A stretch of 58,697 nucleotides of DNA, the filler included, from Stramenopiles sp. TOSAG23-2 (lineage: Eukaryota): the NCBI GenBank assembly GCA_900128395.1. It is 6 parts of 6 records of this genome, joined end to end, with 100 filler letters (N's around TTAATTAATTAA, not from the genome) between each part and the next. Parts side by side here need not be neighbours in the genome. Positions count along the whole stretch, not along the records: positions 29,433 to 39,135 come from LT650087.1; positions 39,236 to 48,919 come from LT650088.1; 4 more parts are not named here. One strand, given 5' to 3'. This document shows, one piece after another, positions 33,001 to 45,270 of this stretch (its first letter is position 1; each line of letters begins with the position of its first letter). The notes under the pieces are model-generated. The model was not told where the DNA came from and did no database searches. It saw only the letters and a program-made list of their open reading frames with translations. The translations under genes were made by a program, and so were the position numbers.

Positions 33001-36000
33001 TGCTATTAATAATACAAAAGATGTTTGGAGAACGGATGATTTGGGTTCCACGGTTATGGTAGAAACAAAGTTGGAAAAAATGTATGAAAAGGTTGATTTC
33101 ACCGTTTTAAATCGTTTGTTGCGTCTAGTTGTGGATCATAATATTGCTGATTACATGACTGCAAAGAATAATATTAATATTACCTTTAAAGATATGAACC
33201 ATACCAATTCATATGGTTTAATTCGTGGTTTACAATTTGCCTCATTCATCACGCAATTTTATGGATTGATTTTAGATTTATTAATTTTAGGATTAAAACG
33301 CGCGACGGATATAGCTGGTCCACCACAAATACCAAATGAGTTCGGGACTTTTGAAAGCAAGCAAATCGAGGAAAGGCATCCGATACGTTTGTATGCTAGA
33401 TATGTTGATACTGTCCATATTTTATTTCGTTTCAACAACGAACAATCAAAAGATTTGATACAACGATATTTAACAGAATGTCCAGATCCAAACAATGAAA
33501 ATATTGTTGGATACCCTAACAAAAAATGCTGGCCAATTGATCAACGCATGAGATTAATGAAACATGATGTAAATTTAGGCCGAGCAACGTTTTGGAATAT
33601 TAAAAATAGGTTACCACGTGCAATTACAACGGTAGAATTTGAAAATTCATTTGTTAGTGTGTATAGTAAAGATAACCCGAATTTATTATTTTCCATGTGT
33701 AATTTTGAGATACGGATATTTCCCAAATGTCGATCGCCGGAAGGTACTAAATTTGTACATAGAGACGGTGTGTGGAACTTGCAAAATGACGAGACGAAAG
33801 AGTTAACTGCACAAGTGTACTTACGTGTAACGCAGGATGGTATGGATGCATTCAATAATCGTATCCGTGCAATTTTGCTAGCAAGTGGAAGCACAACATT
33901 TACTAAAGTTGCAAATAAATGGAATACAGCTTGTATTAGTTTAATGACGTATTATCGAGAAGCAGTTGTTAATACACCAGAATTGCTTGATTTATTAGTG
34001 AAGAATGAAAATAAAATTCAAACCAGAATTAAAGTCGGGTTAAATTCAAAAATGCCATCGCGATTTCCACCTGTAGTATTTTACTGCCCGAAGGAACTTG
34101 GTGGTTTGGGTATGATTAGTATGGGTCATATATTAATCCCACAAAGCGATTTAAGATATAAAAGCCAAACTGGTGAAGGTGGTGTCTCTCACTTTAGAGC
34201 TGGAATGTCACATGATAAAGAGGAATATATTCCAAATTTATATCGTTATATTCAACCGTGGGAAAGTGAATTTATCGATTCGCAACGAGTATGGGCGGAA
34301 TATGCATTGAAAAGGCAAGAGGCAAATTCGCAAAACAGACGCTTAACGTTGGAAGATTTAGAAGACAGTTGGGATAGAGGTATTCCTCGCATCAATACGT
34401 TATTTCAAAAAGATAGGCATACGTTGGCATATGACAAAGGTTGGAGAGTTCGAACGCATTTTAGACAATACACGGTCCATCGTACAAATCCATTTTGGTG
34501 GACCCATCAACGCCATGATGGTAAATTGTGGAATCTAAATAATTATCGTACAGATATGATCCAGGCATTGGGTGGTGTTGAAGGAATTTTAGAACATACA
34601 CTTTTCAAAGGTACTTACTTTCCAACATGGGAAGGGTTGTTTTGGGAGAAAGCAAGTGGTTTCGAGGAAAGTATGAAGTTGAAGAAATTAACAAATGCAC
34701 AACGGAGTGGTTTGAGTCAAATTCCAAATCGTCGTTTTACGTTATGGTGGTCGCCAACCATTAATCGTGCAAACGTTTACGTAGGATTCCAAGTACAATT
34801 AGATTTAACTGGTATTTTCATGCACGGTAAAATTCCTACTTTAAAAATTTCATTGATTCAAATTTTCCGTGCCCATCTATGGCAGAAAATCCATGAAGCT
34901 ATCGTAATGGATTTATGTCAAGTATTGGATCAAGAGTTGGATGCCTTGGAAATTGAAAATGTTCAAAAAGAAACAATTCATCCTCGTAAGAGTTATAAAA
35001 TGAATAGTTCTACAGCTGACATTTTATTGTTTTCAACATATAAATGGAGAATTTCACCACCATCGCTGTTGCATGATGGGCGTGATAAATTTGAAAGCAC
35101 GCAATCAAGTCGTTACTGGATTGATGTTCAATTGAGATGGGGAGACTTTGATTCACATGATATAGAACGTTATAGCCGTGCCAAATTTTTAGATTACACC
35201 ACGGACAATCTATCTATGTACCCATCCCCAACAGGTTCTTTACTTGCTATTGATCTTGCATATAATTTATACAGTGGTTATGGTAATTGGTTCCCTGGTT
35301 CAAAAGCGTTGTTACAGCAAGCTATGGCGAAAATTATAAAAGCAAATCCAGCGTTATATGTCTTACGAGAGCGAATTCGTAAAGGTTTGCAATTATATAG
35401 TAGTGAACCAACGGAGCCGTATTTATCATCACAAAATTACAGTGAATTATTTAGCGATCAAACAATATGGTTTGTAGATGATTCCAACGTATATCGAGTA
35501 ACAATACATAAAACATATGATGGAAATATACAAACAAAACCAATCAATGGTGCCATATTTATATTCAATCCACGCACTGGTCAATTATTTTTAAAGATTG
35601 TTCATACATCGACGTGGCAAGGGCAAAAACGTTTGTCGCAATTAGCAAAATGGAAAACGGCGGAGGAGGTTGCTGTCTTATTACGATCTTTACCAGTAGA
35701 GGAACAACCAAAACAAATTATTGTGACTCGTAAAGGCATGATGGATCCTATGGAAGCTCAACTAATCGACTTTCCAAATATTATAATTAAAGGTAGTGAT
35801 TTGCAATTGCCATTTCAAGCATGTATGCGCGTTGAAAAATTTGGTGATTTAATAATGAAAGCAAAAGAGCCACGTATGTTATTGTTTAACATATACGATG
35901 ATTGGCTAAAATCAGTCTCGTCGTTCATTGCATTTTCTCGTTTAATTTTAATATTACGAGCTATTAAAATTGATATTGATCGTGCGAAAATGATATTAAG

Positions 36001-37159
36001 GCCAGATGTTGATAGTGTAACAGAGCCGCATCATATATGGCCATCATTAACTGATGAAGAATGGGTTGATATTGAAGTCTCCTTGAAAGATTTAATATTA
36101 GAAGATTATGGCAATAAAAACAATGTTAGCACAGATGCATTGACCGCATCTGAGATACGAGATATTATATTAGGAATGCAAATTGCTGCTCCAAGTCAAC
36201 AACGACAGGAAATGGCTGAGATTGAGAAAAATGCTAGAGAAACTTCACAAGCTACTGCAACGACGGTGAAAGGAGTTGATAAACATGGTGAAGAAATAGT
36301 CATTACAACAGAAACAGCGTATGAAAACCAAACGTTTTCATCAAAAACTGATTGGCGCATTCGTGCTATATCAGCAACAAATTTACATTTACGAACAGAG
36401 AATATTTACGTATCAAGTGATGAAATAGCGGATGATGAATTCACGTATATCATGCCAAAAAATTTATTGAAACAATTTATTTGTATTGCAGATTTACGTA
36501 CGCAAATTATTGGATATTTATATGGTAAAAATGGTGACGATACCGATGATGGAGTGAAAGAAATTCGTTGCATTGTTATGGTACCGCAATTAGGATCTCA
36601 TAAAAGTTTAACCGTACCAAAAATGTTTCCCGAGCATGATTCGATTGAAGATTTAGAACCACTTGGATGGATACATACGCAACCAAGCGAAGTCAAACAT
36701 TTGACGCCGTTTGCTGCTATGATGCATGCATCTCGTACGGTGGAAAGCGATGGCAAATGGGATGGGACAAAAGAAATTATCATGTCATGTGCATTTACGC
36801 CTGGTTCATGTTCATTAGCTGCATATCGATTGACGGAGGAAGGACATGAATGGAGTTTACAAAATGATAGTAAAGCGCCAAATCCACCAGGTTACACGTC
36901 TGCTTTATTTGAACGATCCCAATTGATTTTAAGTGATCGTTTTGAAGGTTTCTTCTTAACGCCAATGGTTGGTGGATGGAATTATAATTTCCGTGGCGTT
37001 GAATTGAGTATTAGCATGGAATATGATTTAGTACGAAATGTGCCTGAGAATTTTTATGATGAAATCCATAGACCAAATCATTTTTTGAACTTTGCACATT
37101 CCGATTTAAATATAATTGAGGAAGAAGAAGATGATTTCGCTGAGTTTGAGCGGTATTAA
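30053..37159 (+). CDS. PRPF8: Pre-mRNA processing factor 8 (U5 snRNP), intronless, no intein
   Basis: 2368 aa; [63 protein letters not shown], RNase H-like region, C-terminal MPN (GWIHTQP). Confidence 0.99.
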   Translation: MNNGNPPPPMMMMMMPTNGGNVQQYPNAPMPGGQMIVETKEEKIDKKSKKWQKLNNKKYNEKRTFGFVDPNKTEMPPEHLRKIMRDHGDLSARKFQTDKRVYLGALKYLPHAIYKLLENMPMPWEQVKEVKALYHITGAITFVNEIPRVIEPVYLAQWGTMWVMMRREKRDRKHFKRMRLPAFDDEEPPMDFGDNILDVEPLDPIWYDLDEKKDIAVIDWFYDERPLSDTKCVNGTSYKTWRLPVSVMSNLHRLSEHLLGDLVDDNYFYLFDKDTFFTSKALNVAIPGGPKFEPLFKEDEYENDDWNEFNDVSKVIVRNQIRTEYRIAFPFLYNSRPRKVSLGTYHTPASCYIKNSDPELPPYYFDPLINPISAYDKDYQRRGNHVNTDYDAPDEKTGEVHFNDFQLPSDCKPFLSNEELYNENTADGYSLLHSTYPFNKRSGRMKRTIDIPLVKRFYREHCPRNFPTKVKVSYQKLLKKWILNELNKKEKPPRIKRSLLKSLKMTKFFQTTTLDWVEAGLQVCRQGHNMLNLLIHKKNLTYLHLDYNFNLKPVKTLTTKERKKSRFGHSFHLMREILRLTKIIVDCHVQFRLGNVDAYKLADALQYTFAHVGQLTGMYRYKYRVMRQVRATKDLKHVIYYRFNTGPVGKGPGVGFWGPGWRVWIFFLRGIIPLLERWLQNMLSRQFEGRHNREGQTVTKQRVESQFDLELRGAVMHDILDMMPEGVRANKARVILQHLSEAWRCWKANIPWKVPGLPKPVENIILRYVKAKADWWTNIAHYNRERIKSTQQVDKVVVQKNTGRLTRLWLKAEQERQHNYLKDGPYLSTEEAVAVYTTTVHWLESRRFVPIPFPPASYKHDTKLLILALEALKEMYSIKTRLNQEEKEELGLVEQAYDNPHETLARIKRHLLTQRAFKECSIEFMDNYTHMIPIYTIEPLEKITDLYLDQYLWYEADKRHLFPNWVKPADSEPPPMLVYKFCGAINNTKDVWRTDDLGSTVMVETKLEKMYEKVDFTVLNRLLRLVVDHNIADYMTAKNNINITFKDMNHTNSYGLIRGLQFASFITQFYGLILDLLILGLKRATDIAGPPQIPNEFGTFESKQIEERHPIRLYARYVDTVHILFRFNNEQSKDLIQRYLTECPDPNNENIVGYPNKKCWPIDQRMRLMKHDVNLGRATFWNIKNRLPRAITTVEFENSFVSVYSKDNPNLLFSMCNFEIRIFPKCRSPEGTKFVHRDGVWNLQNDETKELTAQVYLRVTQDGMDAFNNRIRAILLASGSTTFTKVANKWNTACISLMTYYREAVVNTPELLDLLVKNENKIQTRIKVGLNSKMPSRFPPVVFYCPKELGGLGMISMGHILIPQSDLRYKSQTGEGGVSHFRAGMSHDKEEYIPNLYRYIQPWESEFIDSQRVWAEYALKRQEANSQNRRLTLEDLEDSWDRGIPRINTLFQKDRHTLAYDKGWRVRTHFRQYTVHRTNPFWWTHQRHDGKLWNLNNYRTDMIQALGGVEGILEHTLFKGTYFPTWEGLFWEKASGFEESMKLKKLTNAQRSGLSQIPNRRFTLWWSPTINRANVYVGFQVQLDLTGIFMHGKIPTLKISLIQIFRAHLWQKIHEAIVMDLCQVLDQELDALEIENVQKETIHPRKSYKMNSSTADILLFSTYKWRISPPSLLHDGRDKFESTQSSRYWIDVQLRWGDFDSHDIERYSRAKFLDYTTDNLSMYPSPTGSLLAIDLAYNLYSGYGNWFPGSKALLQQAMAKIIKANPALYVLRERIRKGLQLYSSEPTEPYLSSQNYSELFSDQTIWFVDDSNVYRVTIHKTYDGNIQTKPINGAIFIFNPRTGQLFLKIVHTSTWQGQKRLSQLAKWKTAEEVAVLLRSLPVEEQPKQIIVTRKGMMDPMEAQLIDFPNIIIKGSDLQLPFQACMRVEKFGDLIMKAKEPRMLLFNIYDDWLKSVSSFIAFSRLILILRAIKIDIDRAKMILRPDVDSVTEPHHIWPSLTDEEWVDIEVSLKDLILEDYGNKNNVSTDALTASEIRDIILGMQIAAPSQQRQEMAEIEKNARETSQATATTVKGVDKHGEEIVITTETAYENQTFSSKTDWRIRAISATNLHLRTENIYVSSDEIADDEFTYIMPKNLLKQFICIADLRTQIIGYLYGKNGDDTDDGVKEIRCIVMVPQLGSHKSLTVPKMFPEHDSIEDLEPLGWIHTQPSEVKHLTPFAAMMHASRTVESDGKWDGTKEIIMSCAFTPGSCSLAAYRLTEEGHEWSLQNDSKAPNPPGYTSALFERSQLILSDRFEGFFLTPMVGGWNYNFRGVELSISMEYDLVRNVPENFYDEIHRPNHFLNFAHSDLNIIEEEEDDFAEFERY

Positions 37160-37546
37160 AAAAGAGTATGATATGGAAGAGAATTTTGTATGCCAGGTAT
37201 GCGTGTTTATTTTAGCTAACTGTCACATATATGCTTGTTTCGCCTTAAAAAATCGATAATAAAATTTAAATTTCAAAATTTTTATCATCTAAAAATAATA
37301 ATCATCGACTAAAAAAACACTAAACAACTTAAAATAGTAATTATAATTACTAATTATCGGATATTATTATCATTACTATATCCCACTCTAAATAGTCATT
37401 TTGGTAACTAAACTGTAAAACCCTGAAATGTAACTCTGAATTTCGGTTGTAATGCTATGCTTATGCTAATAGCACTGTATTTTTAGCACCCCTATTCAGA
37501 ACATGAATATATGTGTCGTGTGTTCCGACTAATGAATATGACATTA

Positions 37547-38820
37547 TTACATCATTATTGTCAAACCTAACATACAACAATTAAATAAATCACAAGAGTC
37601 ACCATTACCACTAGTACCAACACCAGTACCAATTAAGTTGTTACCATGATTATAATTATCAACTTTTCTTTTTCTTCTGCACTTTGATCCTTTATGTACA
37701 GTGAAGCTGCATAATACCTCATCATCATTTTCTCCAACAATATCCACTAATGATCCATCAGTTGGGAATTTAATTCCTTTACTGATTCTTTCATCACTAT
37801 TTACCTCTGCATATGCATCTGTACCATTAGCAGACCACCTTGCTCTTATACCTCCAGATGCTAATAATGTTGATGAAACACCCACCGATTGATAACCTTT
37901 GCTGCAACTTTTATATATGATTCCACCATCATTCTTGCAAAAATCACAATGGCCTCATTTTTCAATGTCATGTCATGAACTTTTTCATATGCAATTCTAA
38001 TGCTTCTTATTAATTTCTCACTTCTACCTTGTGCCCGCTTTTTTAAATTAGTATGATGTACCTTGCCTCTACCTTTTCCTTCAGAACCCAAGCCTATGTG
38101 CTGATAAACTTTATCTGGGCGTAGTCCAATTTTTGGAAACACATGGTCGCAACCACAACGCACATAAAATTTTGCATCACTTTGATGTTTACACACAGTG
38201 ATATTATGTTTCTTTCTAGTTAGCCCTCAAATTTAATGATATGATAGCAGCATTTGCTGCTGTTTTTTTTTTCTTTGTTGTACCAATACCATTATTAGTT
38301 TTAATTACTACCCAGTCATCATCATCATTTCTTTTTCATTTCTTGCTTGATGAAGCATTGTTATGCACAGAGGAAAAACATATGAAGCGATTGAATCTTT
38401 CTTCTGGATTTTATGGGAAAAAAGCAAGAAGAGTTAAATGCCATTTTTAAATATCGAGGGGAATATTGGAACGATGTGAAAGCAAATTTAGTAGGGGAAA
38501 AAGAGAAAACGCGATGAGCCGTCAACTTTGCATCTTATTTCGAATATTTTTGGTGCTGAAGTAACATGGAAAGAAATTTTCAACATTGGCAAGTTACTGA
38601 ATAACATTGATAATATCACGGCTGTTTCATCAAATTTTAACCATGGGGTTGCAGTAGAATCGAAAATCATTGCGGAATTTTTGGTTACTGGTAAAAATTG
38701 TAATGAAATTATAGAAAAATTGAGAAAACTACCCAGTCATCATCATCATTTCTTTTTCATTTCTTGCTTGATAAAGCATTGTTATTAGCTCCCGGGGCGT
38801 TTGATCTCCCAACAACTGGT
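37547..38820 (-). pseudogene. Disrupted gene with Cys/His (Zn-finger-like) region, frameshifts, a nonsense codon and an insertion
   Basis: Stitched by hand: ..NNALSSKK*KRNDDDDWVVIKTNNGIGTTKK / frameshift in A10 / NSSKCCYHIIKFEGLTRKKHNITVCKHQ..VRCGCDH..YQHIG..GKVHH..KVAAK / frameshift near 37897 / GYQSVGVSSTLLASGGIRARWS.. Confidence 0.55.
38307..38785 (+). repeat. 58-bp direct repeats (38307-38364 and 38728-38785) flanking a 363-bp insert
   Basis: actacccagtcatcatcatcatttctttttcatttcttgcttgat(g/a)aagcattgttat twice, one mismatch. Confidence 0.92.
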
Positions 38821-39135
38821 AATTGGTTTTACTGCTTGAGTGATGAATATTTGTTATATTCTATTAATTGTATATTATAGGTACTACTTGGTACTCTAAG
38901 ATGACTATAAGTACAATTCTTTTTTTTACACATCACATCATTGAAATCATTGCCAGCCAGCTGGGCCAGCCCATCCCTCTTCATGTCATCATTGAAATGT
39001 GCAAATCATTTGCAGCTGCATTTTTTTTTCATTTCTTTCATTTTTTTATTATTCAAACTTAAACATGTTATTGTTACAAAATAAAATAGATAGAATAAAC
39101 TTACAAACTGATCCTTCTCCCCCCCCCCCCCCCCC

Positions 39136-39235
39136 NNNNNNNNNNNNNNNNNNNNNNNNNNNNNNNNNNNNNNNNNNNNTTAATTAATTAANNNNNNNNN
39201 NNNNNNNNNNNNNNNNNNNNNNNNNNNNNNNNNNN
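39136..39235. other. Artificial contig linker
   Basis: N44-TTAATTAATTAA-N44. Confidence 0.98.
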
Positions 39236-39650
39236 TAAGTTCTTCTATTTACGTGTTATTTGAAATTATTATAAGAATTATTGAATAATAATAATATGAA
39301 ATATATATTAGTCTAATTAGATCTAATATTAAAATATCTACTATTATTTTTTTTTTTTAACATCTATTTGTATACTAACAAGTATCATAGTACAGATATA
39401 ATATTAATAGTCCTAGTTATAATATTATACCGGTACTCTTTTCCCCATTTCTGCCTTTTTATTTTCCCGGCCAATCTTGCAACCTTGTAAATTAAAATGA
39501 GAAGGATTATTAGAATTATTGAAATTATTAGTGCATTTCCAAATGACGGTTAATTTAAGTACTAATTTAGTATACTAATTTATGTATATATTTGATAGAG
39601 AGGTACTGTGGATATTACAAAAAATCCAAAAATAGCCAATAGTTATTTTG

Positions 39651-39906
39651 ATGAACTACAAACAACATCATATATATACATATTGCATATAGTAATATAT
39701 ATATATATACATATTCAAAAATAACAACAACAAACGAAGAAGGAGATGAATCGCCCATCGGAGAAAAAGGGCACTGGAATGAACTACAAACAACATCATA
39801 TATATACATATTGCATATAGTAATATATATATATATACATATTCAAAAATAACAACAACAAACGAAGAAGGAGATGAATCGCCCATCGGAGAAAAAGGGC
39901 ACTGGA
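39651..39906 (+). repeat. 128-bp tandem duplication covering the kinase 5' UTR and first 11 codons
   Basis: atgaactacaaac..gagaaaaagggcactgga repeated head to tail, apparently identical; probably an assembly artefact. Confidence 0.88.
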
Positions 39907-42900
39907 TCTCGTGTTGGTACCTACCAACTCGGCAAAGAGTTGGGAAAGGGAGGTTTTGGTACGGTTTACCAAGGTCTTGATACGGCAACTGGACGATTTG
40001 TTGCGGTCAAGCAAGTCTCTACGAAAAATGTTCCTAAAGATGAGCTAGAGTCTATCCATTCTGAAATCAATTTATTGAAAAAATTGAAACACGATAATAT
40101 CGTTAGGTATTTTGATAGTGTTGAGGCTGATGGAACATTGAATATTGTATTAGAATTTGTTGAAAATGGTTCCCTTTCCGATATTATTAAACGTTTTGGA
40201 ACTTTTACGGAAACATTAGCTGTGATGTATATTGCTCAAGTTTTACATGGTTTAGAATATTTACATATCCAAGGTGTTATTCATAGAGATATAAAAGGAG
40301 CAAATATTTTAACGACGAAAAATGGTCTTGTTAAATTAGCGGATTTTGGGGTTGCTTTAGATTCCAAAAATAGTGATGGTGAAGAAGGTGTAGTTGGAAC
40401 ACCATATTGGATGGCACCAGAAATTATTGAAATGGCTGGTCCGACATCTAAATGTGATATTTGGAGTGTTGGTTGTGTTATTATTGAATTAATAACTGGG
40501 GAGCCACCATATTATCATCTAGCCCCATTGGCTGCACTTTTCCACATTGCACAAGATGCAAATGGCCCCAAAATTCCAAGCGGTGTCTCGCCTGTATTGC
40601 GTGATTTTCTACGCCAATGTTTCCATAAGCAACCAGAATTTCGTAAAGGAGCTGATGAACTTTTAGGACATCCATGGTTACGTGTTAAGCGTGAAAATTT
40701 AGAAGTAGAGCCTAGTGCAGTTAGACGCCATGTAATTGATGAGAACGATGAAGAAAGTAACATTGAAATCCGTGAAATTAAAAAATCTATACAAGCGACT
40801 TTACATATATCGCAAATAAAACAAGCTACACTAAGGCGTAATGTAACTTTTGTTCGTCGCGGTAGTAGTAATAATAAAGATAACGATGATACAATGAATG
40901 ATACAACAATGGATTGGGGGGATGATGATAGCGACGAGGATGATGATGCGGAGGAGTCAGATGAAAATTGGGATCAAGAGATTTCCATGAATGAAGATGG
41001 ATTAAATAAATCGTTGCAATTGCAAGATAAGATGACTTCATTATCAAATGCTTTGAACGATGATGAAATTTCAGATGAATTTTGGAATGAAGAGGATGGT
41101 GGTAATGAAGAAACAGTTGAAAAAAATAAACAATCTTCAATAGCTGATACTACAGATAGATTAAGTTTTTTTAAAGAAGATGAAAACGAGGATGTAATGA
41201 CTGATATGGATGATGCTAAATTAGAAACAGTTAAATATAGTAATAATGACAATATGGATAGATTGAGTTTATTTAAAGAAGATGAAAATGATGATGTGAT
41301 GACTGATATGGATGAGTCAGTTGGCCATAACGTAAAAGTTGTAAACAGAAGTCGTATGAAAACGTTAAATTCATCAGATTTAGCAGAAATTGATTTTGGT
41401 GATGATTTTCATGAAGAAGCGGATGAATCACGGGTAGATAAATTGTTAAAATTTCAAGATGATGATGGCGATGAGGATGGATTCAGTGACATTGGGGAAG
41501 ATTTTGGGGAAAATTTAGATAAACAGGTAAAACGAATTGAATTGGCAAAGGATGAAGGCGTGGAAGACTTAGGTGCGTTTGATGCCGAAGATGATGATGA
41601 GGAGGATGATGATGATGATAATGAGGATGGAGGTTTTAGCGATGACGGCGATGATACTAAAGTGAAGGAACCAAGTAGTAATAGAAAACGTGGAATTAGC
41701 ACAATCAAAGTCAAACCAATTCCAAGCAAATCCGCAACAAGTGATATTAATAATAATAATAATGATGATGACAACGATGTTGCAGGGCTTGAATTTGATG
41801 ATGTGCAAGATTTTCAAAATAGATTAGCACTTGTTCGAAGCAATAGAGTAAACGACAATGGTTCTGAAGGAGATGATTTAGATAATGCAGATCCATTTGC
41901 AAATGAAGAGTTAATGTTTGATGAAGATGATTACGTTCAAGATGCTGAGCGTGATGCCACGGAAAAACGCTTGGAAAAGGTTTGCAAATTATTAGATCAA
42001 ATGATTGATATCAACATAACGCCAACGGCAAATGTTTCAAACATTGGCAATAAAACCAATTCTTTAGGTAGCAAAGAGCAACTTGCAATAGCACACCGTT
42101 ATAGATGTTCTCTTGTAAAAGAGGTATGCACAAAGTTTCCAAATGAACGAAATTCGTTTTTGAAAAAAAGATCTGTTTTGTTAATCAATTTGTTAAAAAG
42201 ATACATTGTAATAAATTCATTTATTGTTAACGATATGATCGATTTAGTTCGATCTGTTGTACTGGATAACCCGGAAGCGAAGAAAAAATTGGCAACTCTT
42301 GGTATTATTTCATTGGTTCAACGTGCTGTAGTTGATTGGAGCGGTTCTTCAGATGTACAACTAAATCTAAACTGCCTTGTATTAGAATTTTTACAAGATA
42401 AAGACAGTACCACGCTTGCAATTGCAATAGCATGTGGTGGTTTAAAAAGCTTAGCAGCGATTATAAATATTAATTATACATCATCTACCAAACATCAGGA
42501 ATTAATTCACAAAGTAGTAGATACTATTCCAAGTATATTGCGAGAAAGTAAAAGTCTAGCAAAAAACGATATGTATAGATTGATGGCTGATGATTCTATT
42601 TTACCTGGCTTAAGTCAAACCGTTTTACATTTGATTAAGATGGATAATTCACAGAGTTGGATATATGCAGATAAAATTGTACAGATTTTATATAAGTTTG
42701 CAGATGGTGGTGATTCTGCTGTGAAATTAAGTATGATGGAAAAAGGTGTGATTAATTGCATAATCACATGTTTAAAAACACAAAATGAAAAAGGATCAAC
42801 CAATCTAATAAGATTAAAAGTTAAATTATTACAGGTAATTTTAAAATTAGCCATGGAACAAACAACGTTAGAACATTTGCAAGAAGCTGGAATGATTTCC

Positions 42901-44064
42901 GTTTTAGTCTCTTTGATGAGTGACAAGTCCTTTCGTAACCATTCATTATTAACATTGTTTTATTTAACGAAGACCAATCCAAAACGACAAGAACTTGCAG
43001 CTATTGCTGGAATTGTGCCACAGCTACTTCATGTCATTAATACAAATGATCCTTCAAAACAAATAGCATTGCAAATATTTTGTTACATAGCGCATGCATC
43101 TGATAAGACAAGAGAAATATTATGGAAATGCAATGCGCTTGAACTGTTTTGCAAATTATTAAATGATAAATATTGGTTTCGTTTTGCCATTACATCGTTA
43201 TCTAAATGGTTGACATCTGATACAAAAAGGATGGAAAATAAATTAATTGAAGAAACAAATATCAATGCACTTGTAAAAATGTTTTCTTCTGTACAAGGCT
43301 TAGACTTTGAAAATTGTTTAGACCCAATACGAGAAATGGTACAAAAAAGTATTGTTTTAAATGTTGCTTTAGGGACTTTAGATGTTTTCGTTGAGGAAAT
43401 TTTGAAGCGTATTGGCAGCAACCCAAAGGCCATGCTGAGATTTAATTTATTGAAATTAATTAAATTGTTATATGAAGAACACCCATACCCGATAGAATTT
43501 ATAATGAAACACAAGCTTGTACCGCTTATGACTCAATTGGTGAAAGACGATGGAATGGTACTTGTGAATGAAATTGCATCCCAGCTTGCACAAAGCTTTG
43601 CGGAAGAATCGAAATTGTTAAAACGCCAAGAGTCTTTAAAAAAAGACACAGTGATAATATTAGAAGGTGCAATCAAGAAATATTCAAAAGGTGGTTTCTT
43701 TGGTCACAGAATTAAGAAAAGATGGGTCCGTGTGCAAGCGGGTAATACAAGAGTGGTAATTGAATATTTTAAAGGAGAAAAACCACCAAAAGAAGATATG
43801 GGACCAAAAAATATTTATGAATTGGAATATCCTGGTATTGGCCAAATCGATGAAAAAGTTTTAAAAGCAGCAGGAAAAGGGAAGGGTGAATTAGTCTTTC
43901 AATGCATTGTAAAAGATGACATATTAGCATTTGTAGCAGACTCGATGGAACATCGTGCAAGTTGGTGTAATAAAATCAAAAATGCTGCCGAAAAAGTTGC
44001 AGCTATATCAACCGTTGAAAAAGAAAAATCAAAGTCGATAAAATTACGTCCTGGGTTCATATGA
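39874..44064 (+). CDS. Cdc15/Cdc7/SepH/MAP3K-epsilon family kinase with acidic linker, ARM repeats and C-terminal PH domain
   Basis: GKGGFGTVYQGLD..FVAVKQV, EFVENGSL, HRDIKGANILTTKNGLVKLADFGVA, VVGTPYWMAPE; ARM region NPKRQELAAIAGIVPQL; PH-like EGAIKKYSKG..KKRWVRV..RASWCNKI. Confidence 0.92.
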   Translation: MNRPSEKKGTGSRVGTYQLGKELGKGGFGTVYQGLDTATGRFVAVKQVSTKNVPKDELESIHSEINLLKKLKHDNIVRYFDSVEADGTLNIVLEFVENGSLSDIIKRFGTFTETLAVMYIAQVLHGLEYLHIQGVIHRDIKGANILTTKNGLVKLADFGVALDSKNSDGEEGVVGTPYWMAPEIIEMAGPTSKCDIWSVGCVIIELITGEPPYYHLAPLAALFHIAQDANGPKIPSGVSPVLRDFLRQCFHKQPEFRKGADELLGHPWLRVKRENLEVEPSAVRRHVIDENDEESNIEIREIKKSIQATLHISQIKQATLRRNVTFVRRGSSNNKDNDDTMNDTTMDWGDDDSDEDDDAEESDENWDQEISMNEDGLNKSLQLQDKMTSLSNALNDDEISDEFWNEEDGGNEETVEKNKQSSIADTTDRLSFFKEDENEDVMTDMDDAKLETVKYSNNDNMDRLSLFKEDENDDVMTDMDESVGHNVKVVNRSRMKTLNSSDLAEIDFGDDFHEEADESRVDKLLKFQDDDGDEDGFSDIGEDFGENLDKQVKRIELAKDEGVEDLGAFDAEDDDEEDDDDDNEDGGFSDDGDDTKVKEPSSNRKRGISTIKVKPIPSKSATSDINNNNNDDDNDVAGLEFDDVQDFQNRLALVRSNRVNDNGSEGDDLDNADPFANEELMFDEDDYVQDAERDATEKRLEKVCKLLDQMIDINITPTANVSNIGNKTNSLGSKEQLAIAHRYRCSLVKEVCTKFPNERNSFLKKRSVLLINLLKRYIVINSFIVNDMIDLVRSVVLDNPEAKKKLATLGIISLVQRAVVDWSGSSDVQLNLNCLVLEFLQDKDSTTLAIAIACGGLKSLAAIININYTSSTKHQELIHKVVDTIPSILRESKSLAKNDMYRLMADDSILPGLSQTVLHLIKMDNSQSWIYADKIVQILYKFADGGDSAVKLSMMEKGVINCIITCLKTQNEKGSTNLIRLKVKLLQVILKLAMEQTTLEHLQEAGMISVLVSLMSDKSFRNHSLLTLFYLTKTNPKRQELAAIAGIVPQLLHVINTNDPSKQIALQIFCYIAHASDKTREILWKCNALELFCKLLNDKYWFRFAITSLSKWLTSDTKRMENKLIEETNINALVKMFSSVQGLDFENCLDPIREMVQKSIVLNVALGTLDVFVEEILKRIGSNPKAMLRFNLLKLIKLLYEEHPYPIEFIMKHKLVPLMTQLVKDDGMVLVNEIASQLAQSFAEESKLLKRQESLKKDTVIILEGAIKKYSKGGFFGHRIKKRWVRVQAGNTRVVIEYFKGEKPPKEDMGPKNIYELEYPGIGQIDEKVLKAAGKGKGELVFQCIVKDDILAFVADSMEHRASWCNKIKNAAEKVAAISTVEKEKSKSIKLRPGFI

Positions 44065-44082
44065 GTATGTACATGACGTCCA

Positions 44083-44120
<38 letters not shown>

Positions 44121-44157
44121 CATATTTTCTTATATTTACGAATATATCATCAATGTT

Positions 44158-44826
44158 TTACACTTGTATACTACTACTACCACTATTAATATTATCATTA
44201 TTATGCATGTATATGCTGTAATTTATATCGTCATTTGGATCAAAGTCATCATCTCCAACAGCAGATTTCCAATCCTCATCATCAGTTCCATCATCCGTTA
44301 TGAAATCCTCTAACTCTGAATCTGAACCATCATCATTAGCCAATAAATTGACCTTTTCTTCATCGTTGCCAGGTGTATGTAATAATATACTCTTTTCCAT
44401 ATATTTATTATTCCAATTATTTTTATTATTATTATTATTATTATGAACATTATTATTATTATTATTACGAGCATTATTTCTATTATAATCCTGGTATTTC
44501 TTTCTTTGAGTATCGCCATGATCTGCAAATACACATAATATACACCCACTGACAATTAATAATACTTCAAACGATAACAATAGACAAAAATAAAAGAAGT
44601 ATTCATTACCAATTTCCAAGGATGCAGTCTCAAACAGGTATAAATATATACCAATACAAAAAAATAAAATTATAAACACAAGAATGCAAAAACAAGTTAA
44701 ACAAAAATTCTGAGTAAAATTGATATTTAAAAATCGATCGAAGCAACATGCGCTTAATCGATAACATACATTTTGACGGTAATTCCTTCGCATCATGGAA
44801 TAATAATCGCCAATTTGAGTTGACAT
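44158..44826 (-). CDS. Hypothetical two-TM protein with Asn/Asp-rich tail
   Basis: 222-aa ORF; two Cys-rich hydrophobic segments, then poly-N and an acidic tail. Confidence 0.65.
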   Translation of the reverse strand: MSTQIGDYYSMMRRNYRQNVCYRLSACCFDRFLNINFTQNFCLTCFCILVFIILFFCIGIYLYLFETASLEIGNEYFFYFCLLLSFEVLLIVSGCILCVFADHGDTQRKKYQDYNRNNARNNNNNNVHNNNNNNKNNWNNKYMEKSILLHTPGNDEEKVNLLANDDGSDSELEDFITDDGTDDEDWKSAVGDDDFDPNDDINYSIYMHNNDNINSGSSSIQV

Positions 44827-45270
44827 TTATTGTTGAGTCATCTTCTGATAGCCAAAACTTATTTATATATAAAAATATATTTCTACATTGTTATATATAT
44901 ACTGTAAATGCGCGAATAAAGTTGGCAAGTTGGCCAGTTGCCATGCATTCTTCCAGTTGGAAGATGTAGCCTATACTTGTTAGAGAAATATTATTATTGT
45001 AAATTATCCTATATCTCACCGGGATCTTTTTATATTACCTTAAAATCAGTCATTTACACATTTACACTTTAACTTAACCCTTTTTTTTTTATAATAAAAA
45101 ATTTATAAAAAAAATTTTAGCACTTTTTGATTATCGATAATAAAATAAATAAAATAATATAAAACACGATGAATGTATATAGATAGATAGACGTTCCATC
45201 CAAACTACCCTTTTCAAAATGCGAAACAACCATTGATATTGAAATATAGGAACAAAGAATCATTTTAAAC

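Noticed and set aside
34640-34675. PRP8 intein insertion site
   Set aside because: [11 protein letters not shown] is contiguous and the protein length is normal, so the site is empty.
39651-39906. Tandem duplication creating an upstream mini-ORF or second start for the kinase
   Set aside because: The copies appear identical and are about read-length; most likely an assembly echo.
12700-44064. Apparent mitosis or RNA-processing gene cluster (DASH-like, NAA50, PRP8, SepH-like kinase)
   Set aside because: These genes lie on different concatenated contigs.
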